From positions 154,585 to 218,584 of the forward strand of contig CAXULY010000004.1 in assembly GCA_964252075.1 (NCBI GenBank): 64,000 nucleotides of DNA, in the 5' to 3' direction. Positions 1 to 9,673 of the stretch are shown piece by piece. Under the pieces are notes generated by a model, which made no database searches, had not been told where the DNA came from, and saw nothing but the letters and a program-made list of their open reading frames with translations. Both the position numbers and the translations under genes were made by a program. Each line of letters starts with the position of its first letter. Position 1 is the stretch's first letter. This DNA comes from an uncultured Deinococcaceae bacterium (GTDB lineage: Bacteria > Deinococcota > Deinococci > Deinococcales > Deinococcaceae).

Positions 1-900
<900 letters not shown>

Positions 901-904
<4 letters not shown>

Positions 905-1545
905 CGGTCGTGGCTGCGGCGGTGCAGCGCGACAAGGACCAGAAGGACCAGGAGAAGAACCCGGCGCGCCGTCGGCGCCGACGCCGGGGCCGCGGTGGCG
1001 TGACGAAGACGCCCGCCGCGCCGGTCGTGCGCGCGGTGGAGCGGCCGTCGCGGCCCGCGCGGCGGCCCGCGAGTGAGCCGCGCATCGGGGTGGGGTGCGT
1101 GGTGCTGCGCGGGGACACGGTGCTGCTGGTGCGCGAGCGGGGGCGCTGGAGCCTTCCGAAGGGTGGCCTGGAGCCCGGCGAGCTCATTCAGGACGGCGCG
1201 CGGCGCGAGACGTGGGAGGAGACGGGCCTGGAGGTGGAGGTGCGGGACCTGGCGTTCATCGTGGAGTTCCGCGCGAACAGCTGGGGGCATCACCTGCAGT
1301 TCTTCTACGTCGGGCGCGAGACGGGCGGCACCCTGGGGCCGCGCGACCCGGACCAGGAGGTGCAGGAGGCGCGGTTCGTGCCCATCCGGGAGTTGCGGGA
1401 GTACATGCGCTTCCGGCCGCGCCTGGTGGCGCTGGAGGGGTGGTTGCGGGACCGTTCCGCGCGGCATTACGTGTTCAACCTGGATGCGGAGCCCGCGATG
1501 CTGCGGCGGCGCCGGCGGGTGGAGCCGGGCGAAGCGGAACGGTGA
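901..1545 (+). CDS. Nudix hydrolase with Arg-rich N- and C-terminal tails
   Basis: Nudix box GGLEPGELIQDGARRETWEETG; GTGA overlap with the dnaB stop. Confidence 0.88.
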
Positions 1546-1548
1546 GTG

Positions 1549-1580
1549 GAGGGGCTCGGTCACACCAGACCGAGCCCCTC
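1549..1580. terminator. Stem-loop after dnaB-Nudix
   Basis: Perfect 13-bp inverted repeat GAGGGGCTCGGTC-acacca-GACCGAGCCCCTC just after the stop; no strong U-tract. Confidence 0.6.
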
Positions 1581-1622
1581 ACGCTTTGCGCCGCTGCACA
1601 CCTTCCTGCTGGGCGCTTGAGC

Positions 1623-1656
1623 TTGGCACGCCCAGTACATTCTGTTAAAATCAGAA
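1623..1656 (+). promoter_or_regulatory. sigma70 promoter overlapped by an RDRM (DdrO operator)
   Basis: TTGGCA(1623-28)-17 bp-TAAAAT(1646-51); 17-bp quasi-palindrome TTCTGTTAAAATCAGAA (1640-1656) fits the Deinococcus radiation/desiccation response motif. Confidence 0.8.
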
Positions 1657-1657
1657 T

Positions 1658-1858
1658 GTGAAACAGAAATTCCGCACCGACCCCTTCCCGGCCAGCGGGC
1701 GCGGCTTCATCCACGTCTGCCCGGGCTGCGGTGGGCTGCTGGACCTGCGCGACCTGCGCGACGGCGACCAGGCGTACTGGTGCCCCACCTGCGAACGCGG
1801 GCACCGCGCGGGCGACCCGCCCGCCAGCGCCCTGCGCCCCGACGCGCCCCTCCGCTGA
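1658..1858 (+). CDS. ddrS: Small two-CXXC (Zn-ribbon-like) protein, probably DdrS-like and radiation-induced, leaderless
   Basis: 66 aa with CPGC and CPTC; GTG 6 nt after the -10; RDRM upstream. The symbol is from my recollection of the D. deserti RDR regulon, not verified. Confidence 0.6.
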   Translation: MKQKFRTDPFPASGRGFIHVCPGCGGLLDLRDLRDGDQAYWCPTCERGHRAGDPPASALRPDAPLR

Positions 1859-1909
1859 CCCACCCCCACCCCCGATTTTGCGCCCCCGTTCTTACGCTAT
1901 CCTGGGCGC

Positions 1910-2596
1910 GTGAGCACCCTGGACGGCAGCGTCATCGCGGTGACCGGCGCCGACCAGGGCTACGGGCGCGCCATCAGCGCCGCCCTCGCCCGCGCCGGCT
2001 GCAGCGTCGTGCTGGTGGGCGGCAACCCCGAGGCGCTCGCGAGCCTCGCCTCGCGCCTGGAGCGCAGCGGCGGCACCGCCATCCCCATCAAGGCGGACGT
2101 GGAGGTGCCGCTCGACTTCATCTCCGCCATGAACCGCAGCATGGAGATCTTCGGCGCGCTGCACGGCGTGGTGCACCTCGCGGACAAACGCGCGCACAGC
2201 AGCTTCCCGGTGCTGAGCGAGGGCGAGTGGATGGACCTCTTCAACTGCAACGTGAAATCCAGCGTCGCCATCGCGCAGACGCTGCTGCGCCGCCTCAAGG
2301 GCACGTGGCTGACCGTGGTCGGCCCGCACCTCGACGAGACGGGCCTGCACGTGCCCGCGCAGCGCGGCGCGCTGGAGGGCCTCACGCGCGGCGCGGCGGG
2401 CGAGAAGCTGCGCATGAACCTCGTGCTGCCCGGCCGCACGTCCGGCGGCGAGGAGCACGACCGCCCGCTCGCGGAGGCCGTGCTGGCCCTCGCCCGCCCG
2501 GCCCTCGCGCACCTGCGCGGCAACATCCTGGAGGTGCCGCTGCCGCCCGTCCCGAAACGCCACTACGAGTTCAGTGCGGACGCCGATGACGCCTGA
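1910..2596 (+). CDS. SDR-family (Rossmann) oxidoreductase-like protein
   Basis: TGADQGYG motif, ADV, GALHGVVHLA; TATCCT -10 6 nt before the GTG. Confidence 0.8.
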   Translation: MSTLDGSVIAVTGADQGYGRAISAALARAGCSVVLVGGNPEALASLASRLERSGGTAIPIKADVEVPLDFISAMNRSMEIFGALHGVVHLADKRAHSSFPVLSEGEWMDLFNCNVKSSVAIAQTLLRRLKGTWLTVVGPHLDETGLHVPAQRGALEGLTRGAAGEKLRMNLVLPGRTSGGEEHDRPLAEAVLALARPALAHLRGNILEVPLPPVPKRHYEFSADADDA

Positions 2597-2611
2597 CGCT
2601 GGAGCCCGCGC

Positions 2612-3058
2612 GTGAAGTGCCCGTACTGCTCCGCGCCGGACAGCAAGGTCGTGAACTCCCGGCCCAGCGACGACGGCGCCTCCATCCGGCGGCGCCGGGA
2701 GTGCCTCGCGTGCGCGCGGCGCTTCACCACCTACGAGCGCGCGCAGCTGGAGCCCGTGATGGTCGTGAAGCGCGGCGGCACGCGCGAGGCCTTCAACCCG
2801 GATAAACTGCTGCGCGGCCTCACGCTCGCCGCCGAGAAGCGCCCCGTGAACCCCGAGACGCTGCGCGCCTTCGCGTACGGCTTCGAGGACGAGGTGGGCG
2901 CGCCCGAAATCGGCAGCGAGGAGATCGGGAAGCGCGCCATGAATTTCCTGAAACCCCTCGACGACGTGGCGTACATCCGCTTCGCGAGCGTGTACCGGGA
3001 GTTCGACAGCCTGGAGCGCTTCATCGAGGAGATTCGCGGCCTCAAGGACGAAGCCTGA
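2612..3058 (+). CDS. nrdR: Transcriptional repressor NrdR
   Basis: MKCPYC...IRRRRECLAC..RFTTYE zinc ribbon; ATP-cone VVKRGG..E.F; VAYIRFASVY. Confidence 0.96.
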   Translation: MKCPYCSAPDSKVVNSRPSDDGASIRRRRECLACARRFTTYERAQLEPVMVVKRGGTREAFNPDKLLRGLTLAAEKRPVNPETLRAFAYGFEDEVGAPEIGSEEIGKRAMNFLKPLDDVAYIRFASVYREFDSLERFIEEIRGLKDEA

Positions 3059-3112
3059 GGGCAGGCCCACGAGGAACGCCCTGTCTCCCCTGCTGACCGG
3101 GGCGCGTTTCCT

Positions 3113-3718
3113 TCAGGGGCGGGGTGGGGCGGGCACTATGGGCGTTTCGTTCTCGGGTTTGCGCCCGCGCCGCCCGGCGTAGAAGACCCGCATCTTCTCG
3201 AAGTCGGCGTCCATGTTGCCGCTCGGGGTGATGTAGCCCGCCATGCCGACCTCGCGGCGCGACCAGTCGAAGTACGTGAGGCCGATGGGGACGCCCGCGC
3301 GCAGGGCCATGTGGTAGAAGCCGCTCTTCCAGTGCTCGCCGCGCGCGCGGCTGCCTTCGGGCGCGACGACCAGCATGATCTCGGGCGCCGCGCGGATGAG
3401 GTCCACGACGGCCTGCACGAAGTTCCCGCCGGTCTTGCGGCGGTCCACGGGCACGCCGCCCCAGGCGCGCAGCAGGGCGCCCAGCGGGAAGCGGAACAGG
3501 GAGTGCTTCGCGACGAACTTCACGGGCGCGCCTGTCGCCCACGCCCACAGGATGCCCACCGGGAAATCCCAGTTGCTGGTGTGCGGGTACACCACAGACA
3601 CCACCTTGTCGGCGGGCGGGGGCACCAGCACCGCGCGCCACCCGAACAGGGCCAGCAGCAACCGGGCGAGGCGCATGCCGAGGGTGATGCGGCGGGGGTT
3701 CCAGTGGTGCGCGCTCAT
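3113..3718 (-). CDS. PlsC-like lysophospholipid acyltransferase
   Basis: PHTSNWD (HX4D), FVAKHSLF, APEGSR, WKSGFY; TAGAGT -10 6 nt before the ATG. Confidence 0.9.
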   Translation of the reverse strand: MSAHHWNPRRITLGMRLARLLLALFGWRAVLVPPPADKVVSVVYPHTSNWDFPVGILWAWATGAPVKFVAKHSLFRFPLGALLRAWGGVPVDRRKTGGNFVQAVVDLIRAAPEIMLVVAPEGSRARGEHWKSGFYHMALRAGVPIGLTYFDWSRREVGMAGYITPSGNMDADFEKMRVFYAGRRGRKPENETPIVPAPPRP

Positions 3719-3780
3719 GCCTGCACTCTAGAGCCTGGTGGGCGCGCCCGCCTGACGCGCGCCCTCATGTTCGGGGGGCA

Positions 3781-3856
3781 ATAAAAAACCCGCCCTCTCA
3801 GGCGGTGATGGACAAAGAATAGCGCGGTATGCACGCCGTGTCAAGGTCATGCAGTG
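3781..3856 (-). repeat. 76-bp promoter+terminator unit, copy 1
   Basis: Minus strand: TTGACA-17-TATTCT-6-ATCACCGCCTGAGAGGGCGGGTTTTTT; 66/76 ungapped identity to 4811-4886. Confidence 0.9.
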
Positions 3857-3874
3857 GCAGGGGCGTCCGGCGGT

Positions 3875-4771
3875 TCAGCGCGCCTCCTGAAGCGCCCACT
3901 CCACGATCACGCGGCAGCGCTCGGGGTCGATGGTGAGGCCCACGCCGAGGCCCCACAGCCAGTAATCCAGGGCGCGCAGCAGCGTCCAGTCACGCGCGAG
4001 GGACGCGTCCAGCTGGGCGGCGTCCACCAGCAGCCCGAAGTGCTCCTCCAGCCCGCCCCCATCCAGGATGTCCTCCAGGCGCGTCCAGAGCAGGCGCGCC
4101 ACCGCCACCTCCGGGCGGCCCACCCGCACCATGGGGTCAATCGCGAGCCACGGCGCGCGCGTGCCCGCGAGCACGTTGCGGTGGTGCAGGTCGTCGTGGA
4201 TGAGCAGGCGGCTGGGGTCCTGGCCGAGCGCGCCCGCGAGTTCACGCGCGCGGTCCCGCAGGGCGGCACTGAAGGGCTCGCCGCAGGCCCGCCAGCGTTC
4301 ATCCAGGGTGTCGGTGAAGGTCCGTGCCCAGTCCCGCAGGGTGGGGAGGCCACCCGGGGCAGGGATGCTGAGCTGCCGCAGCAGGCGGCCCGCCTCGTGC
4401 ACGGCCTCCGCGATGGGGCGGTCGTCCAGCGTGCGGGTGGCGTCCAGGCGCTCCAGCAGCAGGGCGTGGCGGGGCGCGTCCGCGTCGAGCAGCAGCACCG
4501 CGCCGCATCCCGCCCAGGCGCGCAGGGCGCTCACCTCGTCCCGGACGGGCATGGCGGGCCAGGAGAGGCGCAGCACGAGGCGTTCCTCCTGGCGACGCAC
4601 GGGCAGCGCGAGGCTGAGCGCGCCGTGCCGGGGCGCGCCGTCCGGCGTGAGGCCCCACCGCTGGCAGAACGCGTCCGCCTGGGCGGGCAGGTCGCGCAGC
4701 CAGTCCCGACCCAACGCGCCCGCCTGCCGGATGATGGGCGAGTCCGCGAGGCCGGGCGGGACGGTCAGCAC
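3875..4771 (-). CDS. APH(6)/hydroxyurea-type aminoglycoside phosphotransferase-like kinase
   Basis: LLLERL, LIHDDLHHRNVL, WLAIDP motifs; own promoter TTGATT-17-GACAGT-6-GTG. Confidence 0.85.
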   Translation of the reverse strand: MLTVPPGLADSPIIRQAGALGRDWLRDLPAQADAFCQRWGLTPDGAPRHGALSLALPVRRQEERLVLRLSWPAMPVRDEVSALRAWAGCGAVLLLDADAPRHALLLERLDATRTLDDRPIAEAVHEAGRLLRQLSIPAPGGLPTLRDWARTFTDTLDERWRACGEPFSAALRDRARELAGALGQDPSRLLIHDDLHHRNVLAGTRAPWLAIDPMVRVGRPEVAVARLLWTRLEDILDGGGLEEHFGLLVDAAQLDASLARDWTLLRALDYWLWGLGVGLTIDPERCRVIVEWALQEAR

Positions 4772-4810
4772 ACCCGCACTGTCGCGCCGCGCGCGGCGGG
4801 AATCAAGCCC

Positions 4811-4886
4811 AATAAAAACCCGCCCTCTCAGGCGGTGATGACAAAAGGATAGCGCGGTATGCAGCGCGGGTCAAGGTCATGCAGTG
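4811..4886 (-). repeat. 76-bp promoter+terminator unit, copy 2
   Basis: Minus strand: TTGACC-17-TATCCT-6-ATCACCGCCTGAGAGGGCGGGTTTTT; exactly 1030 bp from copy 1. Confidence 0.9.
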
Positions 4887-4890
4887 AATC

Positions 4891-6204
4891 TCACTGGATG
4901 GCCTGCGCGTTCAGGTCCAGGCGCAGGTCGCCCTGCGCCTGCGCGGTCAGGATCACGCCCGAGGCGTCCACCCGCACGCCGCTGAGTTGCAGGGCGCTCA
5001 CGCCGCCCGCGAGGCTCACGCCGGGCGCCAGCGTCCAGGGCAGGCGCGCGCGCACGCCCGCCAGCGCCCGCGCGAGTTGCGGCGCGGTGTCGAAGCGCGC
5101 GCTGTCCGCGACGAAGGCCTGCGCGCGCTGGTCCGCCAGCCACCCAATCACGCGCCCCGTGAGGCCACTGCGGCGCGTGTGCACCTCGGCGTCCGTGAGG
5201 CGCAGCACGCTGCCGTCCAGCGCGGGCCGCCCGCTCACGTCCACCACGGCGTTCACGTGCAGGCCCAGGGCGCGCAGCGTGACGTGGCATTCGGCGTTCA
5301 GGCGCTCGCCGCGCACGCTCACGCGCACCTGCGTGACCTGCAGGTGCGGGTTCAGCAACGTGGGCAGCTGGATGTCGCGCGCGGCGGCGGCGCGCGTGGC
5401 GAGCTCCGAGAGCTGCGCGGGCGTGAGGCGCAGCGGGAGCGCCACGTGCAGGCCCGCGCCCTCGGGCGGGCGCTGGCGCAGCGCGGGCAGCGGCGGCGCG
5501 AGCGGCGTGGCGGTGGGGAGCGCGCCCAGCCCGCCGCGCGCCGTGAAGCGCGCCTGCAGGGTGAAGGTCACGGCCTGCGCGTTCACGCGCACGGGCGTGA
5601 CGCTCATGGCGAGGGGCTGCACCGCGAGGTACGCGGGTTCGGGCGTGGGGAGCGGCCACGGCTGCGCGAGGCGCGCCCACAGCGCCTCCGCGCGCGGGCG
5701 GAGGTTCGTGGCGCGCGCGAAGGCGTCCTGCACGGCGCTCCCCAGGCGGTCCAGCTGCGGGCGCACCAGTGGGTCAATGAGGGGCGTCAGGGAGATGTGC
5801 GAGCCCAGCACGTCGAAGCCCATGGGGTCCGTCCAGCTGTAATCCGCGCGCACCGTGACGCTCGCCGTCCAGTTCTCGTTGAGGTGCGGCGTGAGGTGCA
5901 GCAGCACCTCCGCGCGGCCCGTGAAGGTCTTGTTCAGCACGCCGCCCGTGGCGGTCACGCGCGCCTGCACGGGCAGCGCGACGCGCAGGCCGTCCCCCTC
6001 GGGCTGCACGCTCACGCTGCCGCCGCGCGTCACGACGCCCGAGAGGTGCACGTTGCCGAGCGCGCCGCCCGCGAGCGGCTGGTCCTGCTCGAAGGTCGCG
6101 AGTTGCTGCGGGACGCGCGCGTCGGCGGCGGCCGCGAGGCCCGCCACGCTCACCGTGACGGGCAGGCTCAGGGTGGACGGGGCGGGCGGGGTGGCGTCCA
6201 TCAC
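4891..6204 (-). CDS. DUF4403-like beta-rich protein
   Basis: 437-aa ORF with S.L.LPV.V N-terminus and LWARLAQPWPLP...YL.VQP pattern recalled from DUF4403. Confidence 0.6.
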   Translation of the reverse strand: MMDATPPAPSTLSLPVTVSVAGLAAAADARVPQQLATFEQDQPLAGGALGNVHLSGVVTRGGSVSVQPEGDGLRVALPVQARVTATGGVLNKTFTGRAEVLLHLTPHLNENWTASVTVRADYSWTDPMGFDVLGSHISLTPLIDPLVRPQLDRLGSAVQDAFARATNLRPRAEALWARLAQPWPLPTPEPAYLAVQPLAMSVTPVRVNAQAVTFTLQARFTARGGLGALPTATPLAPPLPALRQRPPEGAGLHVALPLRLTPAQLSELATRAAAARDIQLPTLLNPHLQVTQVRVSVRGERLNAECHVTLRALGLHVNAVVDVSGRPALDGSVLRLTDAEVHTRRSGLTGRVIGWLADQRAQAFVADSARFDTAPQLARALAGVRARLPWTLAPGVSLAGGVSALQLSGVRVDASGVILTAQAQGDLRLDLNAQAIQ

Positions 6205-6250
6205 GCGCTCAGCTTCGCGCGCCGCACCTGACGCGAGGTGAGCGTGGCCC

Positions 6251-6892
6251 TCACGCGAGGCTCTCCAGGCTCGCGATGCCGTGCTTCAGGGCGTACAGCG
6301 CCGCCTGCGTGCGCGACTCCAGCCCCAGCTTGGAGAGCAGGCGCGACACGTGCGTCTTGACGGTCGGTTCGCTGATGTTCAGCTCCGTCGCCACGTCGCG
6401 GTTGGAGAGCCCGCGCGCGATGAGCTGCAGGGTCAGCACCTCGCGCGGCGTGAGGTGCTCGCGCATGTCCGGCGCGCGGAATTCCCGTACGAGGCGCCGC
6501 GCGGCCTCCGGGTGCAGGTACACCTCGCCGCGCGCGGCGGCGTGAATGGCGGCGGTGAGCATCTCGCTGCCCGCGTCCTTCAGGAGGTACCCGCTGGCGC
6601 CCGCCTGCACCGCGCCGTGCACCTTGTGTTCCTCCAGCGCGCTGGTGAGCGCGATCACCTCGGTGTCCGGCAGTTGCGCGCGGATCTGGCGGGTGGCGCT
6701 GATGCCGTCCATGACGGGCATCATGAGGTCCATCACGACCACGTCCGGGCGCAGCGCGAGGGCGCGCTCCAGGCCCTCCTGGCCGTTCGCGGCCTCCCCC
6801 ACCACCTCCAGGTCCGGGTCGAGCGAGAGGTACATCTTCAGGCCCATGCGGACCACTTCGTGATCGTCGACGAGCAGCACGCGCACACTCAT
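6251..6892 (-). CDS. NarL/LuxR-family response regulator (LiaR-like)
   Basis: VLLVDDH, VMDLMMP, GYLLKD, LTPRE...GLSN..VA..L.ISE.TVKTHVS. Confidence 0.95.
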   Translation of the reverse strand: MSVRVLLVDDHEVVRMGLKMYLSLDPDLEVVGEAANGQEGLERALALRPDVVVMDLMMPVMDGISATRQIRAQLPDTEVIALTSALEEHKVHGAVQAGASGYLLKDAGSEMLTAAIHAAARGEVYLHPEAARRLVREFRAPDMREHLTPREVLTLQLIARGLSNRDVATELNISEPTVKTHVSRLLSKLGLESRTQAALYALKHGIASLESLA

Positions 6893-7848
6893 GGCTGCAC
6901 CTCCTCAATGTTGATGTCGCCGCTGGTGGTGTTCACCACGAGCCGCAGGGTGTCCTGGGCGTTCCCGGCGCCCGCCGGGCGGCCCTCACGGGTGAAGTCG
7001 TCCGGGAGGCTCACGTCGCCGCTCGTGGTGTGCGTTGTGAGGCGCACCGGGACGCCCGCCGGGACGCGCACCGTCACGTCGCCGCTCATGGACGCCACGC
7101 GCGCCTCACCGCCCGCCGCGAGGCTCACGTTGACGTCCCCGGACGTGGAGTTCACCGCCACGTGCTGGAAGCGGTGCCCGCTCAGGTCGATGTTCTGGTC
7201 ACCGGACAGGGTGTTCGCCGTGAAGCTCGGGGCGGGCCGCGCCGCCCCACGGTCCCCGAAGCGCACGCTGAGGTCGCCACTCAGGCTGTTCAGGCGCACG
7301 TCGCCCGTGAGGCCTGCGGGGAGGCGCGCGTCGAGCGTGCCGGAGGTGGTGTTCGCCTGCAGGCCCTCCAGGCGCGCGTCCTCCAGGTGCAGGTTGAGGT
7401 CCCCGGAGATGAGGCCCACCTGCACCTGAGTGGGCACCGCGCGCGTGACGCTCAGGTGCCAGCTGGTGTCGTGCGAGGTGAGCCACGACAGGCCGCCCGG
7501 GCCGTGCGCGGAGTACGTGAGGTTCAGGGTGCCGCCCGAGCGGGAGGTGCCGCGGTCCACGGTGCCGCCGCCGTTCAGCTGCCCGCTGAGGGCGCGGCCC
7601 GGCAGGTCCGCGCTGTCCAGCGTGAGGTCACTGCGGTCGCCGTTCACGCGCAGGTGCAGGGCGCTCGCGCCGCCCAGCGCCTCGCTCTGGGTGAAGGTGC
7701 GCTGCGGGCCGTTCGCTGCGGGCGCGCGGTCATTCTCGGGGTGGAGGCTCAGCCGGAAGGCGCCGGAGGCGAGTGCGAGCACGCCCAGGCTGATCAGCAT
7801 GCGGCCCAGGATGGCGGGCGCGGGTTGCGGGGGGTGCGGGGTGGTCAC
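6889..7848 (-). CDS. DUF4097/LiaG-like beta-repeat membrane-anchored protein
   Basis: N-terminal TM helix; repeated (T/S)(T/L/M)SGD units; overlaps both neighbours. Confidence 0.8.
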   Translation of the reverse strand: MTTPHPPQPAPAILGRMLISLGVLALASGAFRLSLHPENDRAPAANGPQRTFTQSEALGGASALHLRVNGDRSDLTLDSADLPGRALSGQLNGGGTVDRGTSRSGGTLNLTYSAHGPGGLSWLTSHDTSWHLSVTRAVPTQVQVGLISGDLNLHLEDARLEGLQANTTSGTLDARLPAGLTGDVRLNSLSGDLSVRFGDRGAARPAPSFTANTLSGDQNIDLSGHRFQHVAVNSTSGDVNVSLAAGGEARVASMSGDVTVRVPAGVPVRLTTHTTSGDVSLPDDFTREGRPAGAGNAQDTLRLVVNTTSGDINIEEVQP

Positions 7849-9596
7849 AGGGTCACGACTCCTTCTTGAACGGGCAGGCGCACATGGACGGTGGTGCCCT
7901 CGCCCGCGCGGGAGTGCAGGGTCAGGTCCGCGCCGATGCCGGTGGCGCGCTCGCGCATGCTTTTGAGGCCCAGGCTGCCGTTCGGGCGGGCGTCCGGGTC
8001 GAAGCCCCGTCCGTCATCGCGCACCGTGAGCGCCCACGCGGCGGCCTCGTGCGCGAGGGACAGCTCCACGCGCTTGGCGCGCGCGTGCTTCACGGCGTTG
8101 TGCGCCGCCTCCTGCGCGATGCGGTACAGGGCGCCCTTGGCGTCCAGCCCGAGGGTGGGTTCCTCCGCGCCGCTGAAGCTGGCGTCCAGCTGGTAGCGCA
8201 CGCGCAGCACTTCCGCGAGGCGCGACAGGGCGGGCGTCAGGCCGCCCTCCTCCAGCGCGTCCGGGCGCAGGGCGAACAGCAGGGACTTCATCTCGCTGCT
8301 CGCGCCGTCCGCGAGGCTCACGGTGTAATCGATGGCGGACGCGGCGCGCGCCGGGTCGCGCTCCAGCATGGCGCGCGCGGTGCGCGCCCCGAGCGCGATG
8401 CCGTACAGCGCCTGCGCGACGCTGTCGTGCAGGTCCCGCGCGAGGCGCGCGCGTTCCTGCTCGCCCGCCTGCAGTTGCGCCGCGCGGATCAGGGCGTCCG
8501 TGCGCACCGCGACCGCCGCCTGATCCGCGAGCGCCGCCCAGAGGCGCAGCTCGCGCCCGCTGGGCTCCATGCCGAGCGGGTACAGGGCGTGCAGCGACCC
8601 GAGCGCCTCGCCCGCCACGGACAGCCGGTAGCTCGCGACGGTGCCCACCCGCAGTTCGGCCGCGTCGCCCGGCAGGGGCGCGCGCGTGAGACGGGCACGG
8701 TCCGGTGCGGGCGCCTCGAAGGTTGCGAGGGTCGCGGGCAGCACCTTCGCGGCCTGCGCCGTGAGGCCCTGCGCGGCCAGCAGCGTCTGGCCCTGCAGCA
8801 CCAGCGCGCCGCCCGTCGCGGTGGCGTCTAGGCCCTGCGCGAGCAGCGCGTCCAGGGTGCCCTGCAGGTCCCCGCTGTACGCGACGAGCGCCGCGCCGCG
8901 CTGCAGCGCCTGCACGTCGCGCTGCGCGGTGACGCCCTCCCCGAATTCCGTGAGGAGCGCGATGGACAGGAAGGCCCACCCGCGCGAGATGAGGTTCAGC
9001 AGCGACACCGAGAACACCAGCAGCGCCACGCCACCCACGCTCATGACGCCCAGCGTGAGGACCGTGCCGCCGTAGATCTGCCCGTGGAAGGGCACGCTCA
9101 CCTGCCAGTCGTGCGCGATGAGGGGCGCGAGCGGCGCCGCGATCAGCACGAGGCTCAGCCCGATCAGGCCGCTGCCCAGCGCGAACATCAGCATGCTGAA
9201 GGGCAGCTTCAGGAGCAGGTACAGCAGCACCTTGTACGTGCCGGCGTCCGCGAGGGTGACGCGCAGCCAGTCCATCAGGCTGTCCTGGCGCAGCATCAGG
9301 GGGTTGCGCGCGCGGAAGAGCCGCACGCCCAGCAGGGCGCTGCCCAGGCCGCGCTCCAGCTCCCCGAAGGCCAGCATGAGCCACAGGCTGAGCAGCAGCA
9401 GCGCCGCGCCGATCACCACGACCAGCAGGCCGAGGCCCGCCGCGAAGCCCGCCACGAGCAGCGCGAAGTACAGCACGGCCAGCGGCAGCGCCAGCAGGTG
9501 GTACACCAGGGCCTTGTAGGTGGCGGGGTCCACCAGTTCACCGAAGTACCCGCGCGGCGCGGCGCGGGTGGGGGGGCTCTGCATCACGTCCATCAT
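7845..9596 (-). CDS. Membrane sensor histidine kinase (HisKA_3)
   Basis: N-terminal TM sensor domain; ERARLARDLHDSVAQ, LYRIAQEAAHNAVKHA, DDGRGF, GLKSMRERA. Confidence 0.95.
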   Translation of the reverse strand: MMDVMQSPPTRAAPRGYFGELVDPATYKALVYHLLALPLAVLYFALLVAGFAAGLGLLVVVIGAALLLLSLWLMLAFGELERGLGSALLGVRLFRARNPLMLRQDSLMDWLRVTLADAGTYKVLLYLLLKLPFSMLMFALGSGLIGLSLVLIAAPLAPLIAHDWQVSVPFHGQIYGGTVLTLGVMSVGGVALLVFSVSLLNLISRGWAFLSIALLTEFGEGVTAQRDVQALQRGAALVAYSGDLQGTLDALLAQGLDATATGGALVLQGQTLLAAQGLTAQAAKVLPATLATFEAPAPDRARLTRAPLPGDAAELRVGTVASYRLSVAGEALGSLHALYPLGMEPSGRELRLWAALADQAAVAVRTDALIRAAQLQAGEQERARLARDLHDSVAQALYGIALGARTARAMLERDPARAASAIDYTVSLADGASSEMKSLLFALRPDALEEGGLTPALSRLAEVLRVRYQLDASFSGAEEPTLGLDAKGALYRIAQEAAHNAVKHARAKRVELSLAHEAAAWALTVRDDGRGFDPDARPNGSLGLKSMRERATGIGADLTLHSRAGEGTTVHVRLPVQEGVVTL

Positions 9597-9673
9597 GACC
9601 CGAGGCTAGCGGCAGGGGTGCGGGGTGGGCGTCCGTCAAAAGGGGGAGAAGCGCGGGGCGGGCGATCAGGCGA

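Noticed and set aside
1892..1908. TTACGCT upstream of the SDR as an RDRM
   Set aside because: Only the left half-site matches
3794..3809. Resemblance of CCTCTCAGGCGGTGAT to the lambda OR1 operator
   Set aside because: Needs a 2-nt insertion, there is no phage context, and the sequence is explained by the terminator hairpin
3875..4771. Calling this a streptomycin-resistance gene
   Set aside because: Only family-level motifs; HDDLH departs from HGDLH and the substrate is unknown
3781..4886. The two 76-bp copies as a CRISPR array, IS ends or attL/attR
   Set aside because: Only two direct copies 1 kb apart; no cas, transposase or integrase; internal structure is promoter plus terminator
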